The notes: generated by a model not told the origin, from the sequence alone. Positions 17,257-27,599 are shown, counted from the stretch's first letter. The stretch is 64,000 nt of DNA from Patescibacteria group bacterium (GCA_038061225.1 JBBTZT010000003.1:113092-177091), one strand, 5' to 3'. Translations and numbers: made by a program.

Positions 17257-18746
17257 ACAATAAAGTAAAAATAATACTTTTTTCTATTCTGATATTATCG
17301 TTTTTATTACGCCTATATAACTTTAGATCTTATTACGTTTTTTCTCATGATCAAGATCTTGCTTCATGGATTATTAAAGACATTTTAGTAAATGGCCACT
17401 TAAGACTTATTGGTCAAGAAACATCTAGTCAGGGAGTTTTTATTGGGGCGCTTTTTTATTATCTCCAAATACCTTTTTATCTTTTTGGTAGAATGAGCCC
17501 GTTATCTGCTGTCTTTTTACCTGTAATTTTAGGAGTATTTGCAACATATAGTTTATTTTTTGTTTTTAGTAAAATTGCAAATATTAAATTAGGATTGATT
17601 GCTGCATTTATTTATGCAGTATCTGCTTTAATTGTTTTCGTTGATCGTGAGGTAGCTCCAACAATGCCTGTAATGCTATGGACAATGTGGTATTTATATA
17701 GTCTTTTCTTGATTTACAAAAGCAAGTATTTAAAGGGTTTTGTTTTAAATATCTTCTTAATTGGATTGATTTGGCATTTAAATCCTTCCTTAATTTTACT
17801 AACACCTTTAGTCTTAGTTGCGTTTTTGTTTTCTAAAAAGAAAATTGATAAAGTAACCATTTTCAATGTAAAAGCGATACTTATTGGATTTTTGGTTTTG
17901 TTTTTAACTAGTTTGCCTCTAATTTTCTTTGAGTTTAGACACGATTTTAGTCAGACAAAAGCAGTTATTTTATCGTTAACTACCAAGAAAGATTTTATTC
18001 AAGGCACTTCAACAGGTTTTGCAAAATTTGATAGAGTTATGCAACTTGTTAACAAAAATACCATTAGCATTTTTTCTAAACATCATTTCATTCACCCAAG
18101 TATAGTATTTATTTTGTTAATTAGTTTACTTTATTATTTTATTAAAATTAAAAAAATTAATTTATTTTTGTCTACCACATTTATTTTGTGGTTGGGACTC
18201 TATATTGTTTTTTTTAGTCTAAATTCTAAAAACCCTTCAGAATATTATTTTAATGGCATGAATATTATCTGGATTTTTATTGCTTCCTTAGGTCTTTTTG
18301 AACTTAAGAAAACAAAGGTAGGATTATTACTTTTTTATCTATTAACAATCTTGTTTTTTCTAGTAAATATAAATTATATATTTAAATATAACCCTGACAA
18401 AAAAGGATATATTGAAAAAGTTGATTTAGTAAAATATATAAATGCAGACAGGATAAAACGTGATTATCCTTGTATCTCGATATCTTATATAACAAATCCG
18501 GGGTACGATTTAGGTTATAGATATTTATTTTATTTAGAAAATATGCATGTAAATAGACCTATATCAAACTCTCCAGTTTATACCATAGTTTATCCACACA
18601 ATTTGGTTAATAGTATTGATAAAGCATTTGGATCTTTAGGGCTTATTTATCCTGATTATGACCGTTATAATAAAGAAGAAGTGGAAAAAAGTTATATTGG
18701 TGCAAATTCTAATTTAACTGATCCAATGTTTGGATACACTGAATAA
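17253..18746 (+). CDS. GT-C fold membrane glycosyltransferase, family A paralog 3
   Basis: SHDQDLASW motif; GxxxYY and FEFRHDF motifs shared with family A. Confidence 0.55.
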   Translation: MNNKVKIILFSILILSFLLRLYNFRSYYVFSHDQDLASWIIKDILVNGHLRLIGQETSSQGVFIGALFYYLQIPFYLFGRMSPLSAVFLPVILGVFATYSLFFVFSKIANIKLGLIAAFIYAVSALIVFVDREVAPTMPVMLWTMWYLYSLFLIYKSKYLKGFVLNIFLIGLIWHLNPSLILLTPLVLVAFLFSKKKIDKVTIFNVKAILIGFLVLFLTSLPLIFFEFRHDFSQTKAVILSLTTKKDFIQGTSTGFAKFDRVMQLVNKNTISIFSKHHFIHPSIVFILLISLLYYFIKIKKINLFLSTTFILWLGLYIVFFSLNSKNPSEYYFNGMNIIWIFIASLGLFELKKTKVGLLLFYLLTILFFLVNINYIFKYNPDKKGYIEKVDLVKYINADRIKRDYPCISISYITNPGYDLGYRYLFYLENMHVNRPISNSPVYTIVYPHNLVNSIDKAFGSLGLIYPDYDRYNKEEVEKSYIGANSNLTDPMFGYTE

Positions 18747-19494
18747 TATGAATATATCTATAATCATACCATCTTTTAATGAAGAAAATAATATAAGAAC
18801 GGGATCTCTTTCAGGGATAGTTGATTATTTAAATCAACAAAAATATAGATGGGAAATAATTGTAGTAGACGATGGGTCTAGTGATAAAACTGCAGAGCTA
18901 GCTGAAAAATTTGCTAAAAACCACAAAAATGTTGTTGTTCTGAGAGAACCTCATAGAGGAAAAGGTGGAACTGTTATTGCGGGAATGCTAAAAGCTAATG
19001 GAGATGTTGTTATTTTTGACGACATGGATCAAGCAACACCGATTGATCAATTAGAAAAAATATTACCAAAATTTTCAAATGGCTACGATATAGTTATTGG
19101 TTCAAGAGTGGGTAGAGAAGGTGCACCTTTAATCAGGAAAACAATGGCCTTAGGATTTTCTATCTTACGCAATTTAGTATTGCGACTTCCATATAAAGAT
19201 ACACAGTGTGGATTTAAAGCTTTTAAAAAGAAAGCATCTAATGAAATATTTAAACGTTTACAGATTTTTAATCAACAACAAGCACAATCTGGAGCTTCAG
19301 TTTCAGCAGGATTTGATCTTGAAATATTATATGTTGCCAGAAAATTAAAATTAAAGGTGGCGGAAGTTCCTGTCGTTTGGCATCACAAAGAAGGAACTAA
19401 AGTTAATCCAATTAAAGATAGTTGGGAAGGTCTAAGAGATCTAATGAAAGTAAGACTAAATGCTATTCAAGGAAAATATAATTTAAGGAGATGA
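18730..19494 (+). CDS. GT2 polyprenyl-phosphate glycosyltransferase (Dpm1/GtrB-like)
   Basis: ISIIIPSFNEENNI...VVDDGSSDKT...FDDMDQATP...GFKAF. Confidence 0.7.
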   Translation: MDTLNNMNISIIIPSFNEENNIRTGSLSGIVDYLNQQKYRWEIIVVDDGSSDKTAELAEKFAKNHKNVVVLREPHRGKGGTVIAGMLKANGDVVIFDDMDQATPIDQLEKILPKFSNGYDIVIGSRVGREGAPLIRKTMALGFSILRNLVLRLPYKDTQCGFKAFKKKASNEIFKRLQIFNQQQAQSGASVSAGFDLEILYVARKLKLKVAEVPVVWHHKEGTKVNPIKDSWEGLRDLMKVRLNAIQGKYNLRR

Positions 19495-20321
19495 AAACTA
19501 AATCTTCAAAAATAGTTTTGTTCAAAGATCAAAAAATTAGACGTGATTGGAATAAAAAAGAACAAAAATGGTATTTTTCTGTTATTGATATCGTAGGAGT
19601 TTTAAGCAAAAGTACCAGCACTCAGGCATATTGGCGCAAGTTGAAGGAAAGGTTAAAAGCTGAAGGTAGCGAAACCGTGACAAAATGTCACGGTTTGAAA
19701 ATGAAAGCGATTGACGGAAAAATGAGGTTAACAGACGTGGCAGATACTGAAACAATGCTTAGATTAATCCAATCAATACCATCACCTAACGCTGAGCCTT
19801 TTAAATTATGGCTTGCGAGAGTTGGTTATGAAAGAATTGAAGAAACTGAAGATCCAGAAAAAGGAATTCAACGAGCATTGTCTACATATCTTAAAAAAGG
19901 ATATTCCAAATCATGGGTTGATCTAAGGCTTAAAAGTATAGAAATTAGAAAAGATTTAACTAATGAGTGGGATGAAAGAGGTGTTAGTAACTCAAAAGAA
20001 TATGCAATATTAACTGACGATATTACCTTTGCATGGGCGGGACTTCGAACAAAAGATTACAAAGATTATAAAAATTTAAAAAAAGAAAATTTGCGGGACA
20101 ATATGACTAATTTGGAGTTAGTTTTAAATATGTTAGCAGAGACAGCAACTACAGAAATTTCAAAAACTAAAAAACCTGATACTTTTTATAAAAATAGAAT
20201 TGTTGCCAAAGAAGGAGGGGATATTGCGGGAAGAGCAAGAAAACAAATTGAAGTCAAAAGCGGTAGAAAAGTGGTCAGTAAATATCGTTTTGGCGAAAAA
20301 AGAGATAAACTATTAAAATGA
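19491..20321 (+). CDS. Bro-N domain protein (phage antirepressor / DinD-like)
   Basis: N-terminal Bro-N signature (F....iR.....WYFSVIDIVGVL...ESGLY-type, LIQSIPSPNAEPFKLWLARV). ATGA coupling on both sides. Confidence 0.55.
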   Translation: MKTKSSKIVLFKDQKIRRDWNKKEQKWYFSVIDIVGVLSKSTSTQAYWRKLKERLKAEGSETVTKCHGLKMKAIDGKMRLTDVADTETMLRLIQSIPSPNAEPFKLWLARVGYERIEETEDPEKGIQRALSTYLKKGYSKSWVDLRLKSIEIRKDLTNEWDERGVSNSKEYAILTDDITFAWAGLRTKDYKDYKNLKKENLRDNMTNLELVLNMLAETATTEISKTKKPDTFYKNRIVAKEGGDIAGRARKQIEVKSGRKVVSKYRFGEKRDKLLK

Positions 20322-21841
20322 ACTTTAGGAAAATCTTTAAGGAGTGGAAGTGGACGATATTTGGATTGGTTATTATTTTGATGATTGGTTTAGTAATAAG
20401 AATCGTAAACTTAACGATTCTTCCGATTTTTGTTGATGAGGCAATCTACGTTAGATGGGCACAAGTCATGGCTATTGAGCCAACCTTAAGATTTTTACCT
20501 TTATCAGATGGTAAGCAACCTCTTTATATGTGGATTTTGATGTTTTTAATTAAATATTTTTCCGATCCCTTATTTATTGGACGTTTAGTATCGGTTATGA
20601 CGGGTATGGGAACTGCCGTGGGCGTGTTTGTGTTTAGTTATGTTTTATTTAAAAACAAATTTGTTTCTTTAATTTCTTTATTACTTTATATCTTGTCACC
20701 ATTCATTTTTTTCTTTGACAGAATGGCTTTAGTTGATTCAATGTTATCAATGTTTGGTATTTGGACAGCTATTTTTTCTTTTTTGACTGCAAAATATAAA
20801 CGACTTGATCTTGCAATGATAGCTGGATTTATGTTGGGGTTTGCTGCTTTAACCAAATCTCCTGCCATGTTTACTGCCTTATTGTTACCAAGTTTTTGGG
20901 CTTTAACAAATTGGAAAGGTATTTGGAGGTTGGGAGTTACTTATTTTATAGCTTTTGTGATGTATAACATTCAAAGATTGGGTCCAAATTTTGGACAATT
21001 AAGTGCCAGAACTGGTGATTATATCTTACCGATTAGCCATATTTGGACAAGGTTTTTCGATCCACTCTTACCACATTTAAAAGATTTTGTGGTCTGGTTA
21101 TCAAGCATGGGACCAGTTGCACTAATACCTCTTGTTTTGCTTGGTATATTTTTAGGATTTAAAAAATATTTTAAACAAACACTTGTTCTTGTTGTTTGGG
21201 GGCTATTTCCAGTTTTTATTCAAGCAGAACTGGGTCTAACTTTTACTGCTAGGTATGTATTTTTTACATTGCCTTATTTATTTATTTTGGCAGGAATGTC
21301 CTTTTTAATACAAATTAAATGGTTGCGAGTTACGATTCATGGGTTACTGGCTTTTTTTGTAATTCAAAGTATCATATTTGATTATTATCTTTTAACTAAC
21401 CCTGAAAAAGCTAATTTACCAAGAGGTGAAAGATCTGGGTATTTAGAGGAGTGGACTGCAGGACAAGGAATCAAAGAAGTATCTCTTTATATAAGAAAAG
21501 AAGAATTAAAAGATAAAGGTAAGCAAATTGTTGTTGGAACTGAAGGTTATTTTGGAACATTACCAGATGGATTACAGTTATATTTAAATGATTTGCCAAA
21601 TGTGATAGTTATTGGTGTTGGAGTTATTATTGATGATACTCCTAAGAGTTTAAAAGAAGCAGTCAAAGCAGGAAATAAAACTTATTTAGTTATTAATAAA
21701 TCAAGGTATAAAGGTAAAGCAGAAGAACAAGGCCTAAAACTTATAGCAAAATATCCAAAAGGATTAAGACTAACAGATTCAAGGCAATATGTAATAAATG
21801 GCCCACAAGAAGAACTTCTCTTCTTCGAACTCACAAAATGA
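20318..21841 (+). CDS. GT-C membrane glycosyltransferase, ArnT/PMT (GT39/GT83)-like singleton
   Basis: IFVDEAIYVRWAQ first periplasmic loop (classic DE motif); about 11 TMs. Confidence 0.6.
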   Translation: MNFRKIFKEWKWTIFGLVIILMIGLVIRIVNLTILPIFVDEAIYVRWAQVMAIEPTLRFLPLSDGKQPLYMWILMFLIKYFSDPLFIGRLVSVMTGMGTAVGVFVFSYVLFKNKFVSLISLLLYILSPFIFFFDRMALVDSMLSMFGIWTAIFSFLTAKYKRLDLAMIAGFMLGFAALTKSPAMFTALLLPSFWALTNWKGIWRLGVTYFIAFVMYNIQRLGPNFGQLSARTGDYILPISHIWTRFFDPLLPHLKDFVVWLSSMGPVALIPLVLLGIFLGFKKYFKQTLVLVVWGLFPVFIQAELGLTFTARYVFFTLPYLFILAGMSFLIQIKWLRVTIHGLLAFFVIQSIIFDYYLLTNPEKANLPRGERSGYLEEWTAGQGIKEVSLYIRKEELKDKGKQIVVGTEGYFGTLPDGLQLYLNDLPNVIVIGVGVIIDDTPKSLKEAVKAGNKTYLVINKSRYKGKAEEQGLKLIAKYPKGLRLTDSRQYVINGPQEELLFFELTK

Positions 21842-21854
21842 TACAATTTAAATT

Positions 21855-23330
21855 GTGGAAGAAGAAATTGGAATAGAAACAATAGGAATAGAGACCATAA
21901 AGCAAAGATCTGTTCGTGGAGTTGTTATTTTAACTGGTAGAACTTTTTTACTTCAAATTATTGGTCTTGTTGCACAATTTTTTCTATTTGCCTATCTTGG
22001 TGGTTATGAATTTGGAGTTTTTGCAATTATTTCTGCAATCATTAATTTTCTAGTTTATTTTTCTGATATTGGACTAGCTGCAGCTTTAATTCAGAAAAAA
22101 GAAACTCCAACTGATACAGATTTAAAAACAACTTTCTTTGTTCAACAAATATTAATTTTCACAATAATTGGAATTGTTTTTTTACTAACCCCTTTCTTTG
22201 TCCAAAAATATTCACTAACCTATGATGGTCAAATACTTTTATACGCATTATCTTTATCCCTTGTCTTTTCATCTCTTAAAAGTATTCCTTCAGTACTTTT
22301 GGAAAGAAAATTGGAGTTTATTAAATTAGTTTTTCCCCAAATTTTAGAACAAATTGTTTATAACGTAGTTTTGGTATTTTTTGCCATGAAGGGTTTTGGT
22401 TTAAAAAGTTTTACTATTGCAGTAATTTTAAGGGGAATTATAGGACTTGTTGCAATTTATGCACTTCAACCATGGAAACCTGGAATTGCCTTTTCCTTAA
22501 ATACTCTAAAAGGATTATTTAAATTTGGTATTCCATATCAAATTAATACATTTTTAGCAACGCTAAAAGATGATGGAATGACGATTGTGTTAGGAGGAAT
22601 AATCGGTCCAGTTGGAGTTGGAATATTATCATTTGCTCAGAAGTTAGCGAGGCTTCCGTTAACATTTTTTATGGATACGGTAACACGTGTGACTTTCCCT
22701 GCATTTTCAAGAATGCAAGATCACAAGAATGATTTAGAAAGAAGTGTTACAAGATCAATATTTTTCATTTGTCTTTTTGTTTTTCCAAGTTTAATGGGAA
22801 TAATTATACTTTCTCCATTGTTAGTTCGTGTTGTTCCAAGATATGAACAATGGATACCAGCACTTATCCCAATTATATTTATCTCAATAAATTTTGCTTT
22901 TGCCAGTGCTACAACACAACTTACTAATCTTTTAAATGCGATTGGCAAAATTAAAATAACATTTTATTTAATGATAATGTGGACTGTTTTATCTTGGACT
23001 TTTATTCCATTTTTAGCTCTAAAATTTGGAGTATTGGGAGCATCAATTGGTTATGCTTTAGTTGGGTCATCATCTCTAATTGCGATATATATAGCTAAGA
23101 AGTATGTAAACTTTGGAGTTATCGATTCAATGATCAAGCCATTGATTGGATCAGTTGTTATGGGGGTAGTCTTGATTTTTGTACGTAAATTTTTGGATAT
23201 TAGTGTGAATTCAATGCTTATTCTAAGTTTAGTTGGTGTATTAGTTTATGGTTCGTCAATGATTTCTATGATGGGTGTTTCTTTAATAGAAGATGCTAAA
23301 AAAAGTTACAAAACAATTTTCTCTCGTTAG
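21855..23330 (+). CDS. Wzx/MOP-superfamily polysaccharide flippase (GTG start inferred)
   Basis: 14 predicted TMs. The N-terminal RGVVILTGRTFLLQIIG pattern is typical of polysaccharide biosynthesis/flippase proteins. Confidence 0.6.
   Translation: MEEEIGIETIGIETIKQRSVRGVVILTGRTFLLQIIGLVAQFFLFAYLGGYEFGVFAIISAIINFLVYFSDIGLAAALIQKKETPTDTDLKTTFFVQQILIFTIIGIVFLLTPFFVQKYSLTYDGQILLYALSLSLVFSSLKSIPSVLLERKLEFIKLVFPQILEQIVYNVVLVFFAMKGFGLKSFTIAVILRGIIGLVAIYALQPWKPGIAFSLNTLKGLFKFGIPYQINTFLATLKDDGMTIVLGGIIGPVGVGILSFAQKLARLPLTFFMDTVTRVTFPAFSRMQDHKNDLERSVTRSIFFICLFVFPSLMGIIILSPLLVRVVPRYEQWIPALIPIIFISINFAFASATTQLTNLLNAIGKIKITFYLMIMWTVLSWTFIPFLALKFGVLGASIGYALVGSSSLIAIYIAKKYVNFGVIDSMIKPLIGSVVMGVVLIFVRKFLDISVNSMLILSLVGVLVYGSSMISMMGVSLIEDAKKSYKTIFSR
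21869..21898. repeat. 15-bp tandem repeat GGAATAGARACMATA x2 at the 5' end of the flippase ORF
   Basis: 12/15 identity between units; encodes IGIETIGIETI. Confidence 0.8.
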
Positions 23331-25014
23331 CCTAATAATAATTGGAACTATCACATGGTCTTTGACTATGGTAAGAAGTGGACTGCTTTATAAATTTGGT
23401 TATGGATTTTGGGGACCAAATGGCCATGATGGTATTTGGCACATAGCTCTTTCTAATAGTCTTTCTAAAGGAACTTTAGAAAATCCAATTTTTTCTGGTT
23501 CTTTGTTGCAGAATTATCACCTTGGTTTTGATCTGCTCTTAGCTTTGTTAAATAAATTAACAACAATTCCTATTAGTATTTTGTATTTCCAGATTCTGCC
23601 TCCTATTTTCGCTTTAATGATTGGTTTACTAGTATATTTATTTGTTTTAAATTGGAGAGGATCTAAAAATGAAGCACTATGGTCTACAGCCTTTGTTTAT
23701 TTTAGTTCATCGTTTGGATTTATTATTACATTTTTAAGAGATAGAGTTATCACAGGTGAGTCAATGTTTTGGTCACAACAATCTATCTCTACTTTAGTTA
23801 ATCCTCCTTTCGCACTATCTCTAATATTTATTTTATCTGCTCTTATCTCTTTACAAAAAAAGAATTTATTTTTTAGTATTATATTTTTTGGAATATTAAT
23901 TCAAATTAAAGCTTATGCCGCTATTCTTGTTCTTGCTGGTTTGTTTATCTCTGGTCTGTATTCATACATCTTCCATCATAAATCTTACATCTTAAAAGTC
24001 TTTCTTGCTTCACTTTTTTTAAATTTAATTTTGTTTGTGACAACAAGGAGTGACGGCTTGTCAACGTTTGTTTGGCAACCTATGTGGTTTTTAGAAACTT
24101 TAATGTCCTATTCAGATAGATTTGGTTGGGAAAGGCTTTATTCTGCAATGACAACTTATAAAATGGGGCATATTTGGTTTAAAGAAATTTTGGCATATTC
24201 ATTAGCTTTTGCAATTTTTATACTGGGTAATATGGGAGTGCGTATTATTGGATTTTATTATTTTTTAAAAGTACTTAAAAATAAAATCAAAATTGATGAA
24301 ATTTTAGTATTTATTACTACTATTTTGTTAATGGCGATTATAATTCCAATGTTTTTAGTTCAAAAAGGTACGCCTTGGAATACTATTCAATTTTTCTATT
24401 ATTATTTATTCTTTTCCTCAATTTTTGCAGGTATATCTATGGATTTACTTACAAACAATAAAAAACGAATAGTTAGAGTTGGTTTAATGACTTTATTTTC
24501 TATGTTTACAATATTTGGAGCATGGTCTACCTTGCAACATTATTTACCTAAAATGCCACAATCTATGGTCTCAAATGAAGAATATGCCGCCTTAGATTTT
24601 TTGACTAAACAAACAGATGGAATAATTTTTACTTATCCATTTGATGAGAGTAAAGCCATTTTAGCTACTAAAAACCCTCCTCGTCCACTTTATTTCTATG
24701 AATCAACATCATATGTATCAGCTTTTACTCATAAACCAGTATTTCTTGAAGATCAGGTAAACTTAAACATCATGGGCTATAGCTGGGAGAATCGCAGAGA
24801 ACAGACGTTGTGGTTTATCTTAAACCTTGATAAAGAGGCGGGTAGAGAGTTTTTGGGTCGCAATAATATAAAATATTTGTATTTAGTTAAAGAAGCTTCA
24901 CCTCTTTTTGGAGAGCTACTTAGGTTAGGTTCGGCTGAATTAGATCTAAAGAAGATTTTTGAAAATAAAAAAAGTATAATATACCAATATGGCAAAGATT
25001 TCGGTAGTAATTAA
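23293..25014 (+). CDS. Polytopic membrane protein with C-terminal extracytoplasmic domain, family E paralog 1 (uncharacterised; possibly a polymerase/ligase-like GT-C)
   Basis: Motifs GHDGIWHIAL and ENPIFSGSLLQNYH shared with 38446..40281 (-). Confidence 0.5.
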   Translation: MLKKVTKQFSLVSLIIIGTITWSLTMVRSGLLYKFGYGFWGPNGHDGIWHIALSNSLSKGTLENPIFSGSLLQNYHLGFDLLLALLNKLTTIPISILYFQILPPIFALMIGLLVYLFVLNWRGSKNEALWSTAFVYFSSSFGFIITFLRDRVITGESMFWSQQSISTLVNPPFALSLIFILSALISLQKKNLFFSIIFFGILIQIKAYAAILVLAGLFISGLYSYIFHHKSYILKVFLASLFLNLILFVTTRSDGLSTFVWQPMWFLETLMSYSDRFGWERLYSAMTTYKMGHIWFKEILAYSLAFAIFILGNMGVRIIGFYYFLKVLKNKIKIDEILVFITTILLMAIIIPMFLVQKGTPWNTIQFFYYYLFFSSIFAGISMDLLTNNKKRIVRVGLMTLFSMFTIFGAWSTLQHYLPKMPQSMVSNEEYAALDFLTKQTDGIIFTYPFDESKAILATKNPPRPLYFYESTSYVSAFTHKPVFLEDQVNLNIMGYSWENRREQTLWFILNLDKEAGREFLGRNNIKYLYLVKEASPLFGELLRLGSAELDLKKIFENKKSIIYQYGKDFGSN

Positions 25015-25900
25015 TACCTACAACGAAGAAAAGAAAATTGGTCGTTGTTTGGCATCTCTTAAAGGTTTTGCAAACGAAATAATAGTTGTTGACATGATGT
25101 CAACAGATAGGACAAGGGAATTGGCTAAAAAGTACAATGCAAAAATATTTAAACACAAAAAAATTAGCTATGTTGAACCTGCTAGAAACTTTGCAATCGA
25201 AAAAGCCAAAAATGATTGGGTTTTCATATTAGATGCGGATGAAGAAATTCCAGAAAGTCTAAAAATATATTTAAAGAAAGAAATAAAAGAACCTCAAGCT
25301 CAATTTTATAGAATTCCAAGAAAAAATATAATCTTTAGTAAATGGATGAGACACTCTGGTTGGTGGCCTGATATGAATATCAGATTTTTTAAGAAGGGAT
25401 CTGTAATCTGGGATGAAGTAATTCACTCTGTACCAATGACAACAGGTAAAGGTATGGATCTTCCGCAAAAGCAAGAATTTGCTATTAAACATAGGCACTA
25501 TTCTTCTGTTGAAGAATATATAACCAGAATGAATAGGTATACAACAATTCAAGCTAAGGAATTAAATAAAAAAGGAATTGAATTTAAGTGGAGAGATATT
25601 TTAATTAAACCAGCATCAGAGTTTTTAAGAAGATATTTTGCTGAAGAAGGGTATAAAGATGGTTTGCATGGCCTTACTATTTGTTTGTTACAAATTCTTT
25701 CAGAGTTAGTTGTATATGCAAAACTATGGCAAAAACAAGAATTTAGAAAAAGAAAAATTGATGCTAGTGATACTTTTAATGAGCTTAAAATAATATCCAA
25801 GGATTTTATGTGGTGGGTTTATGCTTCAAAAATTAATGATTCAAGTAACTTTATTTCTAAAATATGTCTAAAAATAATTCGAAAACTAAAGTATCGATAA
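24989..25900 (+). CDS. GT2 family glycosyltransferase
   Basis: ISVVINTYNEEKKI...VVDMMSTDRT...ILDADEE. C-terminal GYKDGLHG motif shared with 25864 and 46284. Confidence 0.65.
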   Translation: MAKISVVINTYNEEKKIGRCLASLKGFANEIIVVDMMSTDRTRELAKKYNAKIFKHKKISYVEPARNFAIEKAKNDWVFILDADEEIPESLKIYLKKEIKEPQAQFYRIPRKNIIFSKWMRHSGWWPDMNIRFFKKGSVIWDEVIHSVPMTTGKGMDLPQKQEFAIKHRHYSSVEEYITRMNRYTTIQAKELNKKGIEFKWRDILIKPASEFLRRYFAEEGYKDGLHGLTICLLQILSELVVYAKLWQKQEFRKRKIDASDTFNELKIISKDFMWWVYASKINDSSNFISKICLKIIRKLKYR

Positions 25901-26598
25901 CCGCCATAGTTATTTTTGGAGGTAATTATAACAAAAAGTTATTGGAAAGCGCTAAAAAATCAGTTTCTTGGTGTAGCGAATTAATTTTAATTAATGGGAC
26001 TAAAGGAAATTTTAGCGATTGGAGAAATGAAGGATTAAAAAAAGCAAAAGGAGATTGGGTTTTATATGTAGATAGTGATGAGGAAATTTCTCATGCTTTA
26101 TATGAAGAAATTTTGTCAACCGTCAACCGTTCACCGTCAACCGTTCACGCTTTCGCAATCCCACGAAGGAACATTATTTTTAACAAAGAATTTAAATACT
26201 CAGGTCAATATCCTGATTATCAAAAAAGGTTATTTAAAAAAGATAAATTAACAAAATGGATTGGTGAAGTTCATGAGGAGCCAATTGTCGATGGTGAAAT
26301 TGGATATTTGAAAAATGCGATAATTCATCACAAAAATATGACAATAAGTGAGATGGTTGAAAAAACAAACAATTGGTCTGAAATTGAAGCAGAACTTATG
26401 TTTAAAGCTAGTCATCCTAAAATGAATTTTATTAGATTCGCGTCTGCAGGATTTCGTGAATTCATGTTACGTTTTATTAAACAAAAAGCATTTTTAGATG
26501 GAAAAGAAGGTGTAATTTACGGAATATATCAAATATATAGTAAACTAATATCTTATTCTAAATTATGGGAAAAGCAGCTATCTACAATCCGTACCTAG
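25864..26598 (+). CDS. GT2-like glycosyltransferase (divergent N-terminus)
   Basis: YVDSDEE motif; C-terminal FLDGKEGV like 24989 and 46284. Contains the 14-bp tandem duplication. Confidence 0.5.
   Translation: MSKNNSKTKVSITAIVIFGGNYNKKLLESAKKSVSWCSELILINGTKGNFSDWRNEGLKKAKGDWVLYVDSDEEISHALYEEILSTVNRSPSTVHAFAIPRRNIIFNKEFKYSGQYPDYQKRLFKKDKLTKWIGEVHEEPIVDGEIGYLKNAIIHHKNMTISEMVEKTNNWSEIEAELMFKASHPKMNFIRFASAGFREFMLRFIKQKAFLDGKEGVIYGIYQIYSKLISYSKLWEKQLSTIRT
26115..26148. repeat. 14-bp tandem duplication GTCAACCGTTCACC x2 (plus a leading half-unit) inside the CDS 25864..26598
   Basis: Direct reading; encodes STVNRSPSTVHA. Confidence 0.9.
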
Positions 26599-27599
26599 AT
26601 ACTTTAGGTGGGGGAGAACGTTACAGTTTAACCTTTGCTAAAGTATTAGCGGAAATTGGGTTTGACGTTGATATTGAATGGAAAGATAAATCAATAAAAG
26701 AAAAACTCTCGAAAAGATTTGGATTAAAATTGCCAAATAATATTAATGTTGTTGATAATATCAATCGCGGGGAAGGTTATGATATTTGTTTTTGGGTAAC
26801 AGATGGTAGCATTCCCACTTTGAGATCGAGAAGAAATTATCTTCACTTCCAAGTTCCATTTCATGATGTCAATGGAACATCGTTGCTAAATAAAATGAAG
26901 TTATTTAGAATAGAAAAAATAATTTGTAATTCTTACTTTACCAAAACAATAGTTGACAAAGAGTATGGAGTAAATTCTATTGTTCTTTATCCACCCGTTG
27001 CTACGGATTTGTATAAAGCAAAAAGAAAAATTGAGCAGATTTGTTATGTCAGTCGTTTTTCTGAATTAACACAAAATAAAGGGCATGACATTTTAATTAA
27101 ACAATTTAAATTATTAGTTAAAGACAAAAAGTTTAAAGAATGGAAATTAGTTTTAGCAGGCGGGACTGAAATAGGTTCAACTGATTATCTTAAAAGACTA
27201 AAGAAAATGAGCAGTGGATATAATATAGAATTTGTAGAAAGTCCTACGGTAGATATTTTAAAAAATATATTTGGCAAATCAAAAATATTTTGGTCTGGTT
27301 CAGGGTTTAGTGAGAATGAAGTTAAAAATCCTGAAAGAGTGGAACATTTTGGAATTACACTAGTTGAGTCGATGTCCGCAGGATGTGTTCCTGTCGTATA
27401 TAAGGCAGGTGGATATAAAGAAATTATTGATAATAGTAAAAATGGATTTTTATGGAATGATAAAAAAGATCTTTTAGAATTAACTAAAAAAACAGTAAAA
27501 GAAAAAGGATTATTAAAAACAATTTCTAAAAATGCGATTGACTCGTCAAAAAAATATAGCTATGAAACATTTAAAAATGAAATCAGAAAAATTATATAG
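26565..27599 (+). CDS. GT4 family glycosyltransferase
   Basis: E-x7-E motif FGITLVESMSAGCVPVV. Confidence 0.65.
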   Translation: MGKAAIYNPYLDTLGGGERYSLTFAKVLAEIGFDVDIEWKDKSIKEKLSKRFGLKLPNNINVVDNINRGEGYDICFWVTDGSIPTLRSRRNYLHFQVPFHDVNGTSLLNKMKLFRIEKIICNSYFTKTIVDKEYGVNSIVLYPPVATDLYKAKRKIEQICYVSRFSELTQNKGHDILIKQFKLLVKDKKFKEWKLVLAGGTEIGSTDYLKRLKKMSSGYNIEFVESPTVDILKNIFGKSKIFWSGSGFSENEVKNPERVEHFGITLVESMSAGCVPVVYKAGGYKEIIDNSKNGFLWNDKKDLLELTKKTVKEKGLLKTISKNAIDSSKKYSYETFKNEIRKII

